From Mobula hypostoma (taxonomy: Eukaryota): DNA of 64,000 nt. The notes below the pieces were generated by a model. The model was not told the DNA's origin and did not search any database. It was given only the letters and a program-made list of their open reading frames with translations. This document shows positions 1 to 13,259 of this stretch, one piece after another. Made by a program: the position numbers and the translations under genes. The stretch spans positions 5,642,001 through 5,706,000 of the forward strand of contig NC_086108.1 in the NCBI RefSeq assembly GCF_963921235.1, written 5' to 3'. Within the stretch, counting starts at the first letter, position 1. Every line of letters starts with the position of its first letter.

Positions 1-924
1 TTTATGCCATCAGGTTGGAGCATGCACTGCCCTCAATGAGGTGCTGTACATCAAATAGAAAAACTCCATTGAAAAATGACAGGAGTCAGGGTGTAGCCTC
101 TGAACTCCTTGGGCTTACTGCAGACTCAATGGCATGACATAGTGAATAAGAAATGAAACTGAAAAATAAAAATAAACCCTGCAATTACCACATTGTTCTT
201 TTCACAAAGGAAATATGCATTGACACGTAATAACTTAAGTTTAATAAGTTTCCTGCAGGTCAATATTATAAGATTCCAACAAGTAGATACTATAGGCAAA
301 TAGTTCGTGTAAACCATTAGTATCTAGGTTAGTGTCTAATAAACTCAAAATTAACATTCTACTTCAGCCAAATCTTATTGATAGCTTTAGATCAGCTTCT
401 AAACAATATAACATCAACTTACAAGCAATGCATCTGCTGGGGGAAACAACAGGAAGGCTTTATATAGAAACTCCTTCCGCTCAGAACATAAATCTCTGGA
501 CTTCTGCCAGTCAGTATACTTTCTGACTTACTACTTCCTAATACAGATCTGAAACTGCTCTTAAAATAAAAGCTGTATGTGCTTATCACATAGAAAAGAA
601 ATGAATGTATTGCCCAAAGGATAGAACATAGCACATCGAACTTTGTCTGTGTTCTCAGGTGGATAAAGATCAACCCATGGTTACTATTTCAAGGAAAGCT
701 GTAACTTGATCGGTGTGTTTGATCAATGCCAGTTAAACAGAAATATTGAGTATTTGTTTTGCAGTTCATGAGGGCAAACTGACTGCGGCGTTCCCTGTGT
801 TAAAACAGTCCAACCTAACCCATTGAGCTCTAAGCTCACTAAACACTCAAGAAATTCTGAAGATGCTGGAAATCCAAGCAAGATACACAAAACTTTGGAG
901 GAAATCAGCAGGTCAGGCGGCGTA

Positions 925-1575
925 TTTCATTCGGAGTTTGAGGAGGTTTGGTTTGTCACCTAATACACTCACAGATTTCTACAGCTGCACCGTGAAGTGC
1001 ATTTGAACTGGCTGTATCACCAGCTGGGGTGGGGGGAGCTACCGCACGGGTTCGAAGCAAGCTGCAGAGAGATGTAAACTTAGTCAGCTTCATCATGGGC
1101 ACTAGCCTTCGAAATAGCCAACACATCTTCAAGGAGCGGTGCCTCAAAAAGGCAGCATCCATCATTAAGGACCTCCATCACCCAGGACATGCCCTCTTCT
1201 CATTGCTACCATCAGGGAGGAGGTACAGGAGCCTGAAGACACACACTCAATGATTCAGGAACAGCTTCTTCCCCTCTGCCTTCCAGATTTCTGAATGGAC
1301 ATTGAACCCATGAACACTACCTCGTCCTGACGAAGGGTCTCGGCCTGAAACATCGACTGCGCCTCTTCCTATAGATGCTGCTTGGCCTGCTGCGTTCACC
1401 AGCAACTTTGATGTGTGTTGCTTGAATTTCCAGCATCTGCAGAATTCCTGTTGTTTGCGTTTAAAAACACTACCTCACTACTTTTTTATTTCTATTATTA
1501 TGTATTGCACTGTACTGCTGCTGCAAAGTTAACAAATTTCTTGACATATGCCGGTGATAAACCTGATTCTGATTC
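925..1575 (+). mobile_element. Rex/L2-type LINE 3' fragment interrupted by a Penelope-derived terminal piece (about 1323-1460)
   Basis: C-terminal motif IIKDLHHPGHALFSLLPSGRRYRSLKTHT and an (ATTCTG)n tail. The short duplication AACACTACCTC flanks the inserted piece. Confidence 0.75.
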
Positions 1576-1861
1576 ATACTGTGGCTGTGGGATTCCCAAA
1601 GACCTATGGGTCGGTGGCTAACCAGGGTATTGATGCCATGAACATTAGCTTTTTACTACAGTACATTATAAACATCAACTACATCATCTTAAATTAACAT
1701 AAATTATACATAATACATTGCAATATTAACATATAAACATGGTGACATCAGTGCAAGTGGAGGGAAGCATAGTCCAAGGTAGAATTAGAGTTCTTCAGGT
1801 CAGTTCAGGATCCTGATGGTGGTTGGAAAAAGCTTTTGTTGAACCCTGAGCTGTGGGTCTT

Positions 1862-4800
1862 CATAAGACCATAAGACATAGGAGCAGAATTAGGTCATTT
1901 GGCCCATTGAGTCTGCTCCACCATTCAATCATGGCTGATCCTTTTATTTCCCCCTCCTCAGCCGTACTCCCCAGCCATCTCCCCATAACCTTTGATGCTG
2001 TGACCAATCAAGAAGCTATCAAGCTTTGACTTGACCTGGCCTCCACAGCTGCCTGTGGTAATAAATTCCACAAATTCACCACCCTCTGGCTAAAGAAGTT
2101 TCTCCGCATCCCTGTTTAAATTGGACACCCCTCTAACCTGTGGCTGTGTCCTCTTGTCAAGACTCCCCCCGCCGCCATAGGAAACATCCTTTCCACATCC
2201 ATCTAGGCCTTTCAACATTTGAAAGGTTTCAATGAGATCCCCCTCATCCCTCTAAATTCTAGCGAGTACAGACCCAGACCTATCAAACATTCCTCATATG
2301 ATAACCCTTTCATTCCTGAAATCATCCTAATGAACCTCCTCTGGACCCTCTCCAATGCCAGCACATCTTTTCTTAGGTGAGGAGCCCAAAACTGTTCATA
2401 ATACTCAAGGTGAGGCCTCACCAGTGCCTTATAAAGCCTCAGCATCACATCCCTGCTCTTGTATTCTAGACCTCTTGAAATGAATGCTAACATTGCATTT
2501 GCCTTCCTCACCACCAACTCTACCTACAAGTTAACCATTAGGGTGTTCTGCACAAGGACTCCCAAATCCTTTTGTATCTCAGATTTTTGGATTTTCTCCC
2601 CATTTAGATATTAGTCTACACATTTATTTCTACTACCAAAGTGCATGACCATGCAATTTCCAACATTGTATTTCATTTGCCATTCTCTTGCCCATTCTCC
2701 TAATCTGTCTAAATCCTTCTGCATCCTACCTGCTCTAACCATGCCAGTAACTTTCCTGTAATACCATGGGCTTTTAACTTGGTAAGCAGCCTCATGTACG
2801 GCACCTTGTCAAAGGCCTTCTGAAAGTCCAAATATACAACATCCACTGCATCCCCTTTATCTATCCTACATGTAATCTCCTCAGAATTCCAACAGATTTG
2901 TCAGGCAAGATTTTCCACTAAGGAAACCGTGCTGACTTTGTTCTATCTTGTCCTGTGCCACCAAGTACTCCATCACCTCATCCTTAACAATTCACTCCAA
3001 CATCTTCTCAACCACTGAGGTCAGGCTAACTGGTCTATAATTTCCTTTCTGCTGCCTTCCTCCTTTCTTAAGGAGTGGAGTAACATTTGAAAATCTCCAG
3101 TCCTCTGGCACCGTGCCAGAATTCAATGATTTTTGAAACATCATTACTAATGCCTCCACAATCTCTAACACTACATCTTTCAGAACCCTGGGGTTCAGTT
3201 CATCTGGTCCAGGTGACTTATGTACCCTTAGGTCTTTCAGCTTTTTGAGGACCTTCTCCCTTGTAATAGTAACTGCACTCACTTCTCTTCCCTCACACCC
3301 TTCAACATCTGGCACACTGCCAGTGTCTTCCCCAGTGAAGACTCATGCTAAATACTCATTTAGTTCATCAGCCATCTCCTCATTATTATTTCTCCAGCCT
3401 CATTTTCTAGTGGTCCTATATCCACTCTCATCTCTCTTTTGTTTTTTTGCATACTTGAAAAAGCTTTTACTATCCACTTTGATATTGTTTGCTGGCTTGC
3501 TTTCATATTTCACCGTTTCCCTCCTAATGATTCTTTTAGTTGCTCTCTGTAGGGTTTAAAAGCTTCACAATCCTCTATCTACCCGCTAATTTTTGCTTTG
3601 TTATATGCCCTCTCTTTTGTTTTTACATTGGCTTTAACTTCCCTTGTCAGCCATGGTTATACTATATTTCCACTTGCATATTTCTTTGTTTTTGGAATGC
3701 ATCTCTCCTGCACCTTCCTCATTTCCCCCTGAAACTCACGCCATTGCTGCTCTGCTGTCATCCCTGCCAGCATCTCCTTCCAATTTACTTTGGCCAGCTC
3801 CTCTCTCATACCACTGTAATTCCTTTACTCCACTGAAATACTGTTATATCAGACTTAACTTTCTCCATCTCAGATTTCAAGTTGAACTCAATCATATTGT
3901 GATCACTGCTTCCTAAGGGTTCCTTTACCTTAAGCTCCCTAATCACCTCCAGTTCATTACATAACGCCCAATCCGGTAAAGCTGATCCCGTAGCAGGCGC
4001 AACGACAAACTAAAAAGCCATCTCGTAGGTATTCAACAAACTCACTCTCTTCAGATCCATTTCCAACCTGATTTTCACAATCAAACTGCATGTTGAAATC
4101 TCCCATGACTATCATAACATTGCACTTTTGACAAGCCTTTTCTATTTCCCATTATAATGTGTAGTCCACATCCCAGCTACTGCTGGGATGCCTGTATATA
4201 ACTGCCATCAGGGTCCTTTTACCCTTTGCAGTTCCTTAACTCAACCCACAAGGATTCAACATCTTCTGATCCTATGTCACATCTTTCTACTGATTTGACA
4301 CCCCCTCTGCCTACCTTCCTATCACTCCAATATAACGTGTAACCTTGGACATTCAGCTCCCAACTACACCCATCCTTCAGTCATGATTCAGTGATGGCCA
4401 CAACATCATACCTGGCAATCTGTAATAGTGCAACAAGATCATCCACCTTATTTCTTATACTCCATGCATTGAGATATAACACTGAGTACTTCATTTGCTA
4501 CCCTTTTTGATTCTGCATTCCTAATGCACTGATACTCACCCTGCTGGCTGTAATTACGTCCTATCATCTGCCTGCCCTTCCTGACAGTCTGACTGCACAC
4601 TATCTTTGCATTTTTACCATCCATCCTATACTGAGTCCCTTCACTCTGGTTCCCACCCCTCTGCCAAATTATTTCAAACCCTCCCCAACAACTCTAACAG
4701 ACCTGCCCGTAACAATATTGGTTCCCTTCGGGTTCAGGTGAAACCCGTCACTTTTGTACAGGTCATACCTCCCCCTGAAGAGATCCCAATGATCCAAGAA

Positions 4801-5270
4801 CTTGAAGCCCTCCCTGCACTAGCTTCTCAGCCACACATTCATTTGCCAGATCATCCTGTTTCTACCCTCACTGGCACATGGCACAGGCAGCAATCCAGAA
4901 ATTACTACACTGGAAATCCTACTTCTCAGCTTTCTACCTAGCTCTCTAAAGTATCTTTCCCGGACCTCTTTGCTTTTCCTTCCTATGTCATTGGTACCAA
5001 TATGTACCAAGACATCTGGCTGCTCTCCCTCCCTCTTTAAAATGTTGTGGACGAGATCTGAGATGTCCCTGACCCTGGCACCTGGGAGGCAACATACCAT
5101 CCGGGTGTCCCGTTCACATCCACAGAACCTCCTGTCTGTTCCCTTGACTATTGAGTCCCCTATCACTACCACTCCCCTCTTCTCCCTCTTTCCCTACTGC
5201 ACCACGGACCCATGCTCAGTGCCAGTAACCCAGTCGCCATGGCATTCTCCTGGGAGGTCAACCCCCACAA
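1862..5270 (-). mobile_element. CR1 LINE, degraded, spanning ORF1 esterase to 3' tail
   Basis: ORF1 SGNH/GDSL-like motifs VIGDSIV...HIGTNDIG (4819-5172). ORF2 pieces KSPGPDELNPRVLK...NYRPVSLTSVV and LYKALVRPHLEY. CATAAGAC tail repeats at 1862. Confidence 0.9.
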
Positions 5271-5704
5271 CAGAACACGGGGTTCAGGTTAGATCCTGAG
5301 AAATATGGACACACAGGAACCTGTAACCTTTATCAGATCTCCCCTCAGCTTCCAACAGTCTTTCATTGATTCTGTTATGGTTATTAGTCTATGGATTTAT
5401 CGAGTATGCCCACAAAAAAATGAATGTCAGGGTTGTGTACGGTGACATATATGAACTTTGATAATAAATTCACTTTGAACACTTCAGACAAAACAACCCG
5501 TCTGTCAAACCTTTCCTTCTTGCTTAGACCCTCTGCAAAGGAAAAAGTTAAATGTGATTCCTATTTGGTATGCGCTAAAGTGGAAGTCTGTCAGACAAGA
5601 TGGTGCAGGTTCCTGTACCCGCTGCCTGATGGCAGCAAAGAGAAGTGGCACGTCCCGGGCACTGAGGGTGCCTGATGGTGATGATGAATATATTCTGCAA
5701 TTAT

Positions 5705-6215
5705 CATGGAGTCACAGAGCACTACAACACAGAAACAGGCCCTTCGGCCCATCTAGTCTATGCCATTCTGTCTAGCCCCATCAACTTGCACTGGGACCAT
5801 AGCCCTCCATACCCCTTCCATCACGTACTTATCCAACCTTCTCTTAAACCAGGGGTTGCCAGTCTGGGGTCCACGGAGCCCTCAGTCAATGGTAGGGATC
5901 CATAGCATAAAAGGTTGGGAACCCCTGCCTTAAATGTTGAAACCAAACCACATCCAACATTTCTCTAGGCACTCGTTCCACATTCTCACCATCCTCTGAG
6001 TGAAGGAATTCCCCTTCAGGTTCCCCTTAAGCACTTCACCTTTCACCCTTAACCCATGACCTCTAGTTCCAGTCTCATCCAGCCTCAGTGGAAAAAGCCT
6101 GCTTGCATTTACCCTATCGATACCCCTCGATATTTTGTATACCTCTATCAAATCTCCCCTTATTCTCCTTCGCTCCAAGGAATAAAGTCCTAACCTATTT
6201 GACCTTTCTCTGTAA
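5705..6215 (-). mobile_element. CR1 3' fragment
   Basis: RRIRGDLIEVYKI...TRGHGLRV...FTQRMVRMWN C-terminal motif. Confidence 0.8.
5850..5927. mobile_element. Small hAT (Charlie-like) MITE
   Basis: TIRs CAGGGGTT...AACCCCTG with a degenerate 8-bp TSD tcttaaac/ccttaaat. Related pieces occur near 8450, 49268 and 59320. Confidence 0.7.
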
Positions 6216-6475
6216 GTCAGATCAGATTCAGAATCAGGTTTAATGTCACCAGCATGTGTCGTGAAATTTGTTGTTTTTCAGCACCAGTACAGTGCAATGC
6301 ATAGTACTAAAAAAAACTATAAATTGCAATCAGAAATATATGTTTAAAAATTAAATTAAATTAATAGTGCAAAAAGGGAGCAAAGAACATTATTTCTTTA
6401 TTGAGATACAGCATGGAATAAGACCTTTTGGCCCTTCAAGCCACCCCCAACTTAACCCTAGCCCAATCATAAAGC

Positions 6476-7630
6476 AATAAGACAAAGGAGCAGAAGCCGG
6501 CCATTCGGCCCATCGAGTCTGCTCTGCCATTTTATCATGAGCTGATCCATTCTCCCATTTAGTCCCATTCACCCGCCTTCTCACCATAACCTTTGATGCC
6601 CTGGCTACTCAGATACCTATCAATCTCTGCCTTAAATACACCCAATGACTTGGCCTCCACTGCTGCCCGTGGCAACAAATTCCATAGATTCACCACCCTC
6701 CGACTAAAAAAATTTCTTCGCATTTCTGTTCTGAATGGGCACCCTTCAATCCCTAAGTCATGCCCTCTCCTACTAGACTCCCCCATCATGGGAAACAACT
6801 TTGCCACATCCACTCTGTCCATGCCTTTCAACATTCGAAATGTTTCTGTGAGGTCTCCCCTCATTCTTCTAAACTCCAAGGAATACAGTCCAAGAGCAGA
6901 CAAATGTTCCTCATATGTTAACCCTCTCATTCCCGGAATCATTCTAGTGAATCTTCTCTGTACCCTCTCCAACGTCAGCACATCCTTTCTTAAATAAGGA
7001 GACCAAAACTGCCTACAGTACTCCAAGTGAGGTCTCACCAGCACCTTATAGAGCCTCAACATCACATCCCTGCTCCTATACTCTATTCCTCTAGAAATGA
7101 GTGCCAACATTGCATTTGCCTTCTTCACTACCGACTCAACCTGGAGGTTAACCTTAAGGGTATCCTGTACGAGGACTCTCAAATCCCGTTGCATCTCAGA
7201 ACTTTGAATTCTTTCGCCATTTAAATAATAGTCTGCCCGTTTATTTCTTCTGCCAAAATGCATAACCATACACTTTCCAACATTGTACTTCATTTGCCGC
7301 TTCTCTGCCCATTCATCCAATCTATCCAAGTCTCTCTGCAGACTCTCTGTTTCCTCAGCACTACTGGCCCCTCCACGTACCTTCGTATCGTCAAACTTAG
7401 CCACAAAGCCATCTATTCCATAATCCAAATCGTTGATGTACAATGTAAAAAGAAGCGGCCGCAACACTGATCCCTGCGGAACACCACTGGTAACTGGCAG
7501 CCAACCAGAATAGGATCGCTTTATTCCCACTCTCTGTTTCCTGACAATCAGCCAACGCTCTATCCACGTATGTAACTTTCCCGTAATTCCATGGGCTCTT
7601 ATCTTGTTAAGTAGCCTCCTGTGTGGCACA
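6476..7630 (-). mobile_element. CR1 RT C-terminal half, relatively intact
   Basis: ORF 6559-7749 includes SGVPQGSVL, KF-DDTK and LVRPHLEYC. Its N-terminal part is read-through from an adjacent SINE. Confidence 0.9.
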
Positions 7631-10600
7631 GGACAATCACAGGACAACTTACAATGCCCAACTAACCAACCAACTGGTACGTCTTTGGACTGTGGGAGGA
7701 AACCAGAGCACCTGGTGGAAACCCACGCGGTCATGGGGAGAATGGACAAATTCCTTACAGGCAGCGGCAGGAATTGAAACTGGGTTGAGGATACTGTAAA
7801 GTGTTGTGCTAACCACTACACCACCGTGCCACCCCAAATACTGAGAAAGAGCCCAATGGGCCCAATGTCCATTCAGAAATCTGACGGCAGAGGGGAAGAA
7901 GCTGTTCCTGAATTGTTGATTTTGTGTTTTCAGGCTCCTGTACCTCCTTCCTGATGGTAGCAATGAGAAGAGGGCATGGCCTGAGTGATGGGGGTCTTTT
8001 AGATGGACACCACCATTTTGAGACTTTGCCTTTTGAAGGTGTATTGCATGTTGCCCACGATGGAGCTGGCTGAGTTTACAACCCTCTGCGGCTTTTTCCG
8101 AGCCCACGCAGTGGCTCCTCCGTGCCAGACAGGGATGCAACCGGTTCGAACGCTCTCCACGGCACATCTGTAGAAACTTGTGAGAAATCAAGTCCTGGAA
8201 ACATCCTTGTGAATTTTCTCCATTTCCTTTGTACTACTTCGATGTACTGTTAATGCTTGGCATGAACTGTCTCTCTCTCTCTGACATCATGAAATAGATA
8301 CCTATACAAAATTTGGTGCACAGCCCCTGTCCTGAGAGGAAGGGCACTGTCCCGGCTCCTGAACACATCCCTGCCTTTGGACACCATAGTAGCTCAGCAG
8401 CTGGCGAGACACTATGACAGCTCAGAAAACTGGAGAGTGGAGTTTAATGGTTGGGGTCCATGGCATAAAAAAGGCATAACCCCTGCCCTGTAAGGAGTTC
8501 CTGTATGTCATAGGAACATAGAAAACCTACAGCACAATACAGGCCCTTCGGCCCACAATGTTGTGCCAAACATGTACTTACTTTAGAAATTACCTAAGGT
8601 TACCCATAGCCCTCAATTTTTCTGAGCCCCATGTACCTATCCAGGAGTCTCTTAAAAGACCCTATCGTATCCGCCTCCACCACTGTCACCAGCAGCCCAT
8701 TCCACGCACTCACCACTCTCTGCATAAAAAACTTACCCCTGACATCTCCTCTGTACCTACTTCTAAACACCTTAAAACTGTGCCCTCTCGTGCTAGCCAT
8801 TTCAGCCCTGTGGAAAAAGCCTCTGACTATCCACACGATCAATGTCTCTCATCTTCTTATGTCCTCCACATGCAACGCATGGGTTTTCCCAGGTGCTCCG
8901 GTTTCCTTCCACAGTCCAAAGACGTACTGCATAGGCTAACTGGTCATTGTAATTTGTCCTGTGATTAGGCTGGGGTTAAATCGGGGTTGTCAGGGGTTGC
9001 TGTGGCAACACTACTTGAAGGGCTGGGAGCAGACTCTGCACTGTAAATAATCTCTCCTAAACACCCGCCAACATGTCCTGGAGCTCCATCATGGGCACTA
9101 ACTTCCGTGGTATCCAGGACATCTTCAAGGAGCGATGCCTCAGAAAGACAGCATCCATCAATACGGACCCCCATCACAAGACATGTCCTCTTCTCATTGT
9201 TACCATCAGGGAGGAGATACAGGAGCCTGAAGACACACACTCAGCGATTCAGGAACAGCTTCTTCCCCTCTGCCATCCGATTTCTGAATGGACATTGAAC
9301 CCATGAACACTACCTCACTATTTTTTTATTCCTATTTTTGCACTACTTATTTAATTTAACCATTTAATACATATACATACTTACTGTAATTCACAATTTT
9401 TTCTGCAAAGGCAACAAATTTCATGACTTCTGTCGGTAATATTGAACCTGATTCTGAGTTGAGAGGAGACATCTGGATTTTGTGACAGGTACAAGTCTAG
9501 TCACTATTGAAGTTCAAGTTTATTGTCATCTGACTGCACGCACATACAACCGAATGAAACAACATTCCTCTGGACCTACATCTCACACACAGCACATAAA
9601 ACAAAATATCACCATAAATAAATTAATAAAATATCATTCAAAATGCATGTAGTGTGCAGCACAGGTAAACAGTAAGCAGCTCATTGTCCTAGTGACGAGA
9701 CCTCGGTGGTGGCAGGGTATTCATTTATCTCACAGCCTGAAGGAAGAAACCAGCGAAGATTCTCCCAATCCTCGGTGCTAAGCACAGGCAAATGTTGCCC
9801 AAAGTGCCGAGCACCACACCCAAAGTGATTGCGTTCCTGGTGACGAATTAAAAAGAACACTCACTGCTGGAGGAACTTGACGGTTCGGGGGCACCTGCAG
9901 AGAGAAATGGACAACTGGCGTCTCAGGTCAAGACCCTTCATTAGGACCAGTCTCTCCTCCCAGAGATGCTGCTTGGATCCTCCAGCAGATTGTCTGCTGC
10001 CCCAGATCTCACCGTGTGCACACACAACATCTGTCTCCAATGTTCCAGTGAATTGACATCTTTTTAATGATTTTTTAAAAAATTTAGCGATACAGGGTGG
10101 ACGAGCTGCACCACCCTCAGAAACTCACCTATTAAAGCCTCACCTAATCTCAGGACAATTTACAATGACAAAATAACCAACTGATCAGTAGGTCTTTGGA
10201 CTGCAGGAGGAAACCAGAGCACCCAGAGGAAACACACACGCTTTATAGGGAGGACGTACTAACTCTTTTCAAATCTTATTATTATTATTATTCAAAATTA
10301 ACAAGAGTACATCAAAGTAAGCAACACTTCCAATGTCTCCAGAAAAAAAAATTATTTTAAAGATTGAAAACATTTTGGTGACAAAAAAATAAGAGGGAAA
10401 AAACCCTACTAAGCAAGAAAAAATGAGAAAACAAGGAACAGAATTAGGCCATTTGGCCCATCGAGTCTGCTCTGGTATTTCATCACGGCCGATCCATTTT
10501 CCCTCTCAGCCTCAGTCTCCTGTCTTCTCCCCGTATCCCTTCATGCCCCGACTAATCAAGACTCTGTCGACATCTGTTTACAGTCTGTAATTGCTGACAG

Positions 10601-10747
10601 ACAGCAGCAGGAATTGAACTCTGAACTTTAGAACCCCCCCTCCCCCCGCTGTAATAACACCATGCTAACCACAACACTGCTCCTGGCACCCACCCAACCT
10701 GCCTTCTTGTTTGCTGAACTGAATCTCCCCAGACGCCCAGCCTGTAC

Positions 10748-10751
<4 letters not shown>

Positions 10752-10788
<37 letters not shown>

Positions 10789-11148
10789 TCACACTCACAC
10801 CAACACACATACATAGACACACACCTACACATTGATGCACACTCACACACACTAATACACGCTCACACAGACACCCACCGCACACACACACACCGATACA
10901 CCCCCCCACAGACACACACAGACAGACGCACATACACACAAACATACACACACACACACTCACACACACTCACACTCACACACACACCCCCAAACACACA
11001 CCGATACACACTCACACAGTCACCCCCCTGCACAAACACACACCGATACACACTCACACAGACACCCCCTGCAGACGCACACCCACACAGACAAACACAC
11101 ATACAGACACACACACACAGTCACCCCCCCCACCCGCACACACACACA
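10752..11148. repeat. Compound (CA)n microsatellite
   Basis: Visible CA-rich tract with CCGATA and CACT variants. Confidence 0.95.
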
Positions 11149-11169
11149 AAATTGAAACTGGCATAAATT

Positions 11170-12300
11170 GATGTCAATTTCACCTGACGTCACGCACCAA
11201 ACCCACAGGGCATCCGTTTGCTCTCCACAGACCCTGCCCGACATAATGTGTCTTTTTCTTTGATTGCAGTTTTCAATTATAGCGGTAGTCGAAATCTCTC
11301 GCCCGAGCCCGCTACAATGTTGTGACACTCCGCCAAAGGGAATGATACCAGAGTGTCCATTGTTCAAGACAGCTTGGCCACATTGTAATCGTTATTTTCC
11401 CGAACAACCGCAACAATGAATCCTCACAGTTATACTGTATGTGTAACATTGCTTCGTCCCGGGACTCTCCCTGTCAACATAACTGAAGGAAGAAAACGGA
11501 ATAAAAATGAAACAATAGATTTACCGTGTGCACGTCCCGGATCTCCCCGCTCGCTGTCCCGTACACCCCGATTACCCCGTTGCCTGGTGTCCCGGAGCCG
11601 GAGCCTGTCCCCAGGCAAACGAACCGGTTGCTACACGGGATCCAGAGGCACCCGAACGGGAGGAGAGGCAGTTTGCGATGGGACACCGACACCAAGCGAG
11701 GTTTGCGCCTGTTTGACATCCTGCGGGGACCCTAACCGGAGTGGAAGACGAGGGAGGTGAAAAATCACTGAGTGATCCTTTTTTTGAGGGAGAAAAAAGA
11801 TTTAATTCCAATAACGCAGAACACGTTTTGAGCACAACTGATTGAGATTGTCTACGTGCGATTCTATTTAAAGATTTTCGATTCCTCTGCCTCGCTCCAA
11901 ACTAACGACAGACAAAAAATATATATAACTTAAAACATTGCGATGAAGTGCGGATCCCCGATCTGACGTGGGAAGGGTTTAGCAGGGCCGATCCCAGGCC
12001 GTGGCTCCGACACCCAGAACTGAAGCAGAAAGTGAAAGTTTGAGGGAGGTGGAGTCAGCCCCCGGGCTTCCGCCCCGCTGTCCCGGGACACTGACCCCGC
12101 CTGGCCGACCGGGGAACAGTCCGCACTCGGGCCATTCTCCCTATGGCTCCGGCAGCAGCCCGCCCCCGGGGGTCGCCCGAAAGACCCTTTGCTGCTCCAT
12201 GGAAGCGCGGGGCTCGGGTTACGTAGCCGATGAGCTAATTGAATGGCGCACAGCAAGCTCCCAGCGGAGGGGGATGGGCTTGCTCTCAGCCCTGCCCTGC
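11170..12300. promoter_or_regulatory. CpG island / promoter of the WDR92-like gene
   Basis: CpG and GC density is high against a CpG-depleted background. It contains a full CRE palindrome TGACGTCA at 11185-11192 and overlaps the ATG exon. Confidence 0.7.
11525..11719 (-). CDS. First coding exon of a divergent WDR92/DNAAF10-like WD40 gene (65 codons, phase-0 donor)
   Basis: ATG at 11719 (aggATG) opens MSNRRKPRLVSVSHRKLPLLPFGCLWIPCSNRFVCLG...GVIGVYGTASGEIRDVHT, ending at ACG|gtaaat. It aligns colinearly with the WDR92 N-terminus as I recall it (MS...KP...F-C-W-PCS--FV--G...GVI--Y----G). It lies in a CpG island. Confidence 0.75.
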
Positions 12301-12307
12301 ATGTTAG

Positions 12308-12572
12308 TTGTGCGTGTGTGTGTTTTGTGTTTTATATGTGTGTGTGTTTCAGTGAGTGTGAATCTGTTTTTTTTTGTGTTTCTCTGTGTGTGTTTTGTTT
12401 CAGTGTGTTAGTTTGTGTTATTTATGTTTCTGTGTGTGTGTGTGTGTTTGTGTTTCAGTGAGTGTGAATCTGTTTTTTTTGTGTTTCTCTGTGTGTGTTT
12501 TGTTTCAGTGTGTGTGTGTGTGTGTGTGGTGTGTGTGTGTCTATGTCTGTTTTTCTGTTTCAGTGTGTTTGT
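12308..12572. repeat. Compound (TG)n / T-rich repeat with internal duplication
   Basis: TG tracts, with the block gtttcagtgagtgtgaatctgtttttttt present twice. Confidence 0.9.
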
Positions 12573-13259
12573 GGCTTCTATCTGCCACACACTCATCCCC
12601 CGGATCCCCTTCCCCTTTGATCCCATCTGCCCACCATCCCTCTCCGTTCCCCCCCCTTTCCTCTTGATCTACCCACCCCTGCCCAAATCACCGTCCCATT
12701 CCCCTCCTTCATCTGCCCATCATGTGTCCCACGGGGCCCTCTCCTGCCTCGTCTGTCCTCCCCAGCACCTTCCTCTCCGAACAGATTCCACCATCTGTAG
12801 CCCCCTCTCATCATTCCCACTCCCTCCTCCTCCACCTGCCTATCACTCCCCTCCATCACCTGCTAGCTCTCACTCGACCCATTCCCTTCAGGCATTGACA
12901 CTAGCTCTTTCTCCTCTATCTTTCAGGCCAGATGAGGGTCTTGATCAAGATATCAACTGACCATTTTCCTCAGAAAGGCGTTGCCACCAAACCTACTGAG
13001 CTCCTCCGGAATCTTACTTGTTGCCCACTCCCCACCTCCCTTATCCAGTGCCGCTCCACACCCAATCAGATTCCAACGTCTGCAGCCCTTTGTTGCCTCC
13101 ACCAATCATCTCCCAGCCCCTGTTGCTATTACTACTCCCAACTGCCAATCAAACCCTCCACAGCTGGATCCACCAATCACCTGCCAGCTACTGCCTTAAC
13201 CCTCCCCTCCTCCCCTATATGTTGATCATCTCCCCTTGGCGCTCTGTTGATTTATGGAG

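Noticed and set aside
1..840. Minus-strand acceptor-like sites (159, about 795) and donor-like gtaagt (about 422) as WDR92-like exons
   Set aside because: The frames I translated hit stops or show no WD40/WDR92 similarity.
4819..5172. GDSL/SGNH esterase as a host gene
   Set aside because: It is colinear with CR1 ORF2 fragments, and an esterase domain is a normal part of CR1 ORF1.
12190..12210. RFX X-box-like GCTCCATGGAAGC near a putative ciliary gene
   Set aside because: Too many mismatches to the GTTNCCATGGNAAC consensus.
11930..12411. ORFs in the CpG island as a head-to-head partner such as PNO1
   Set aside because: No PNO1-like or other recognisable sequence and no convincing donor site. 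Open frames are expected in GC-rich DNA.
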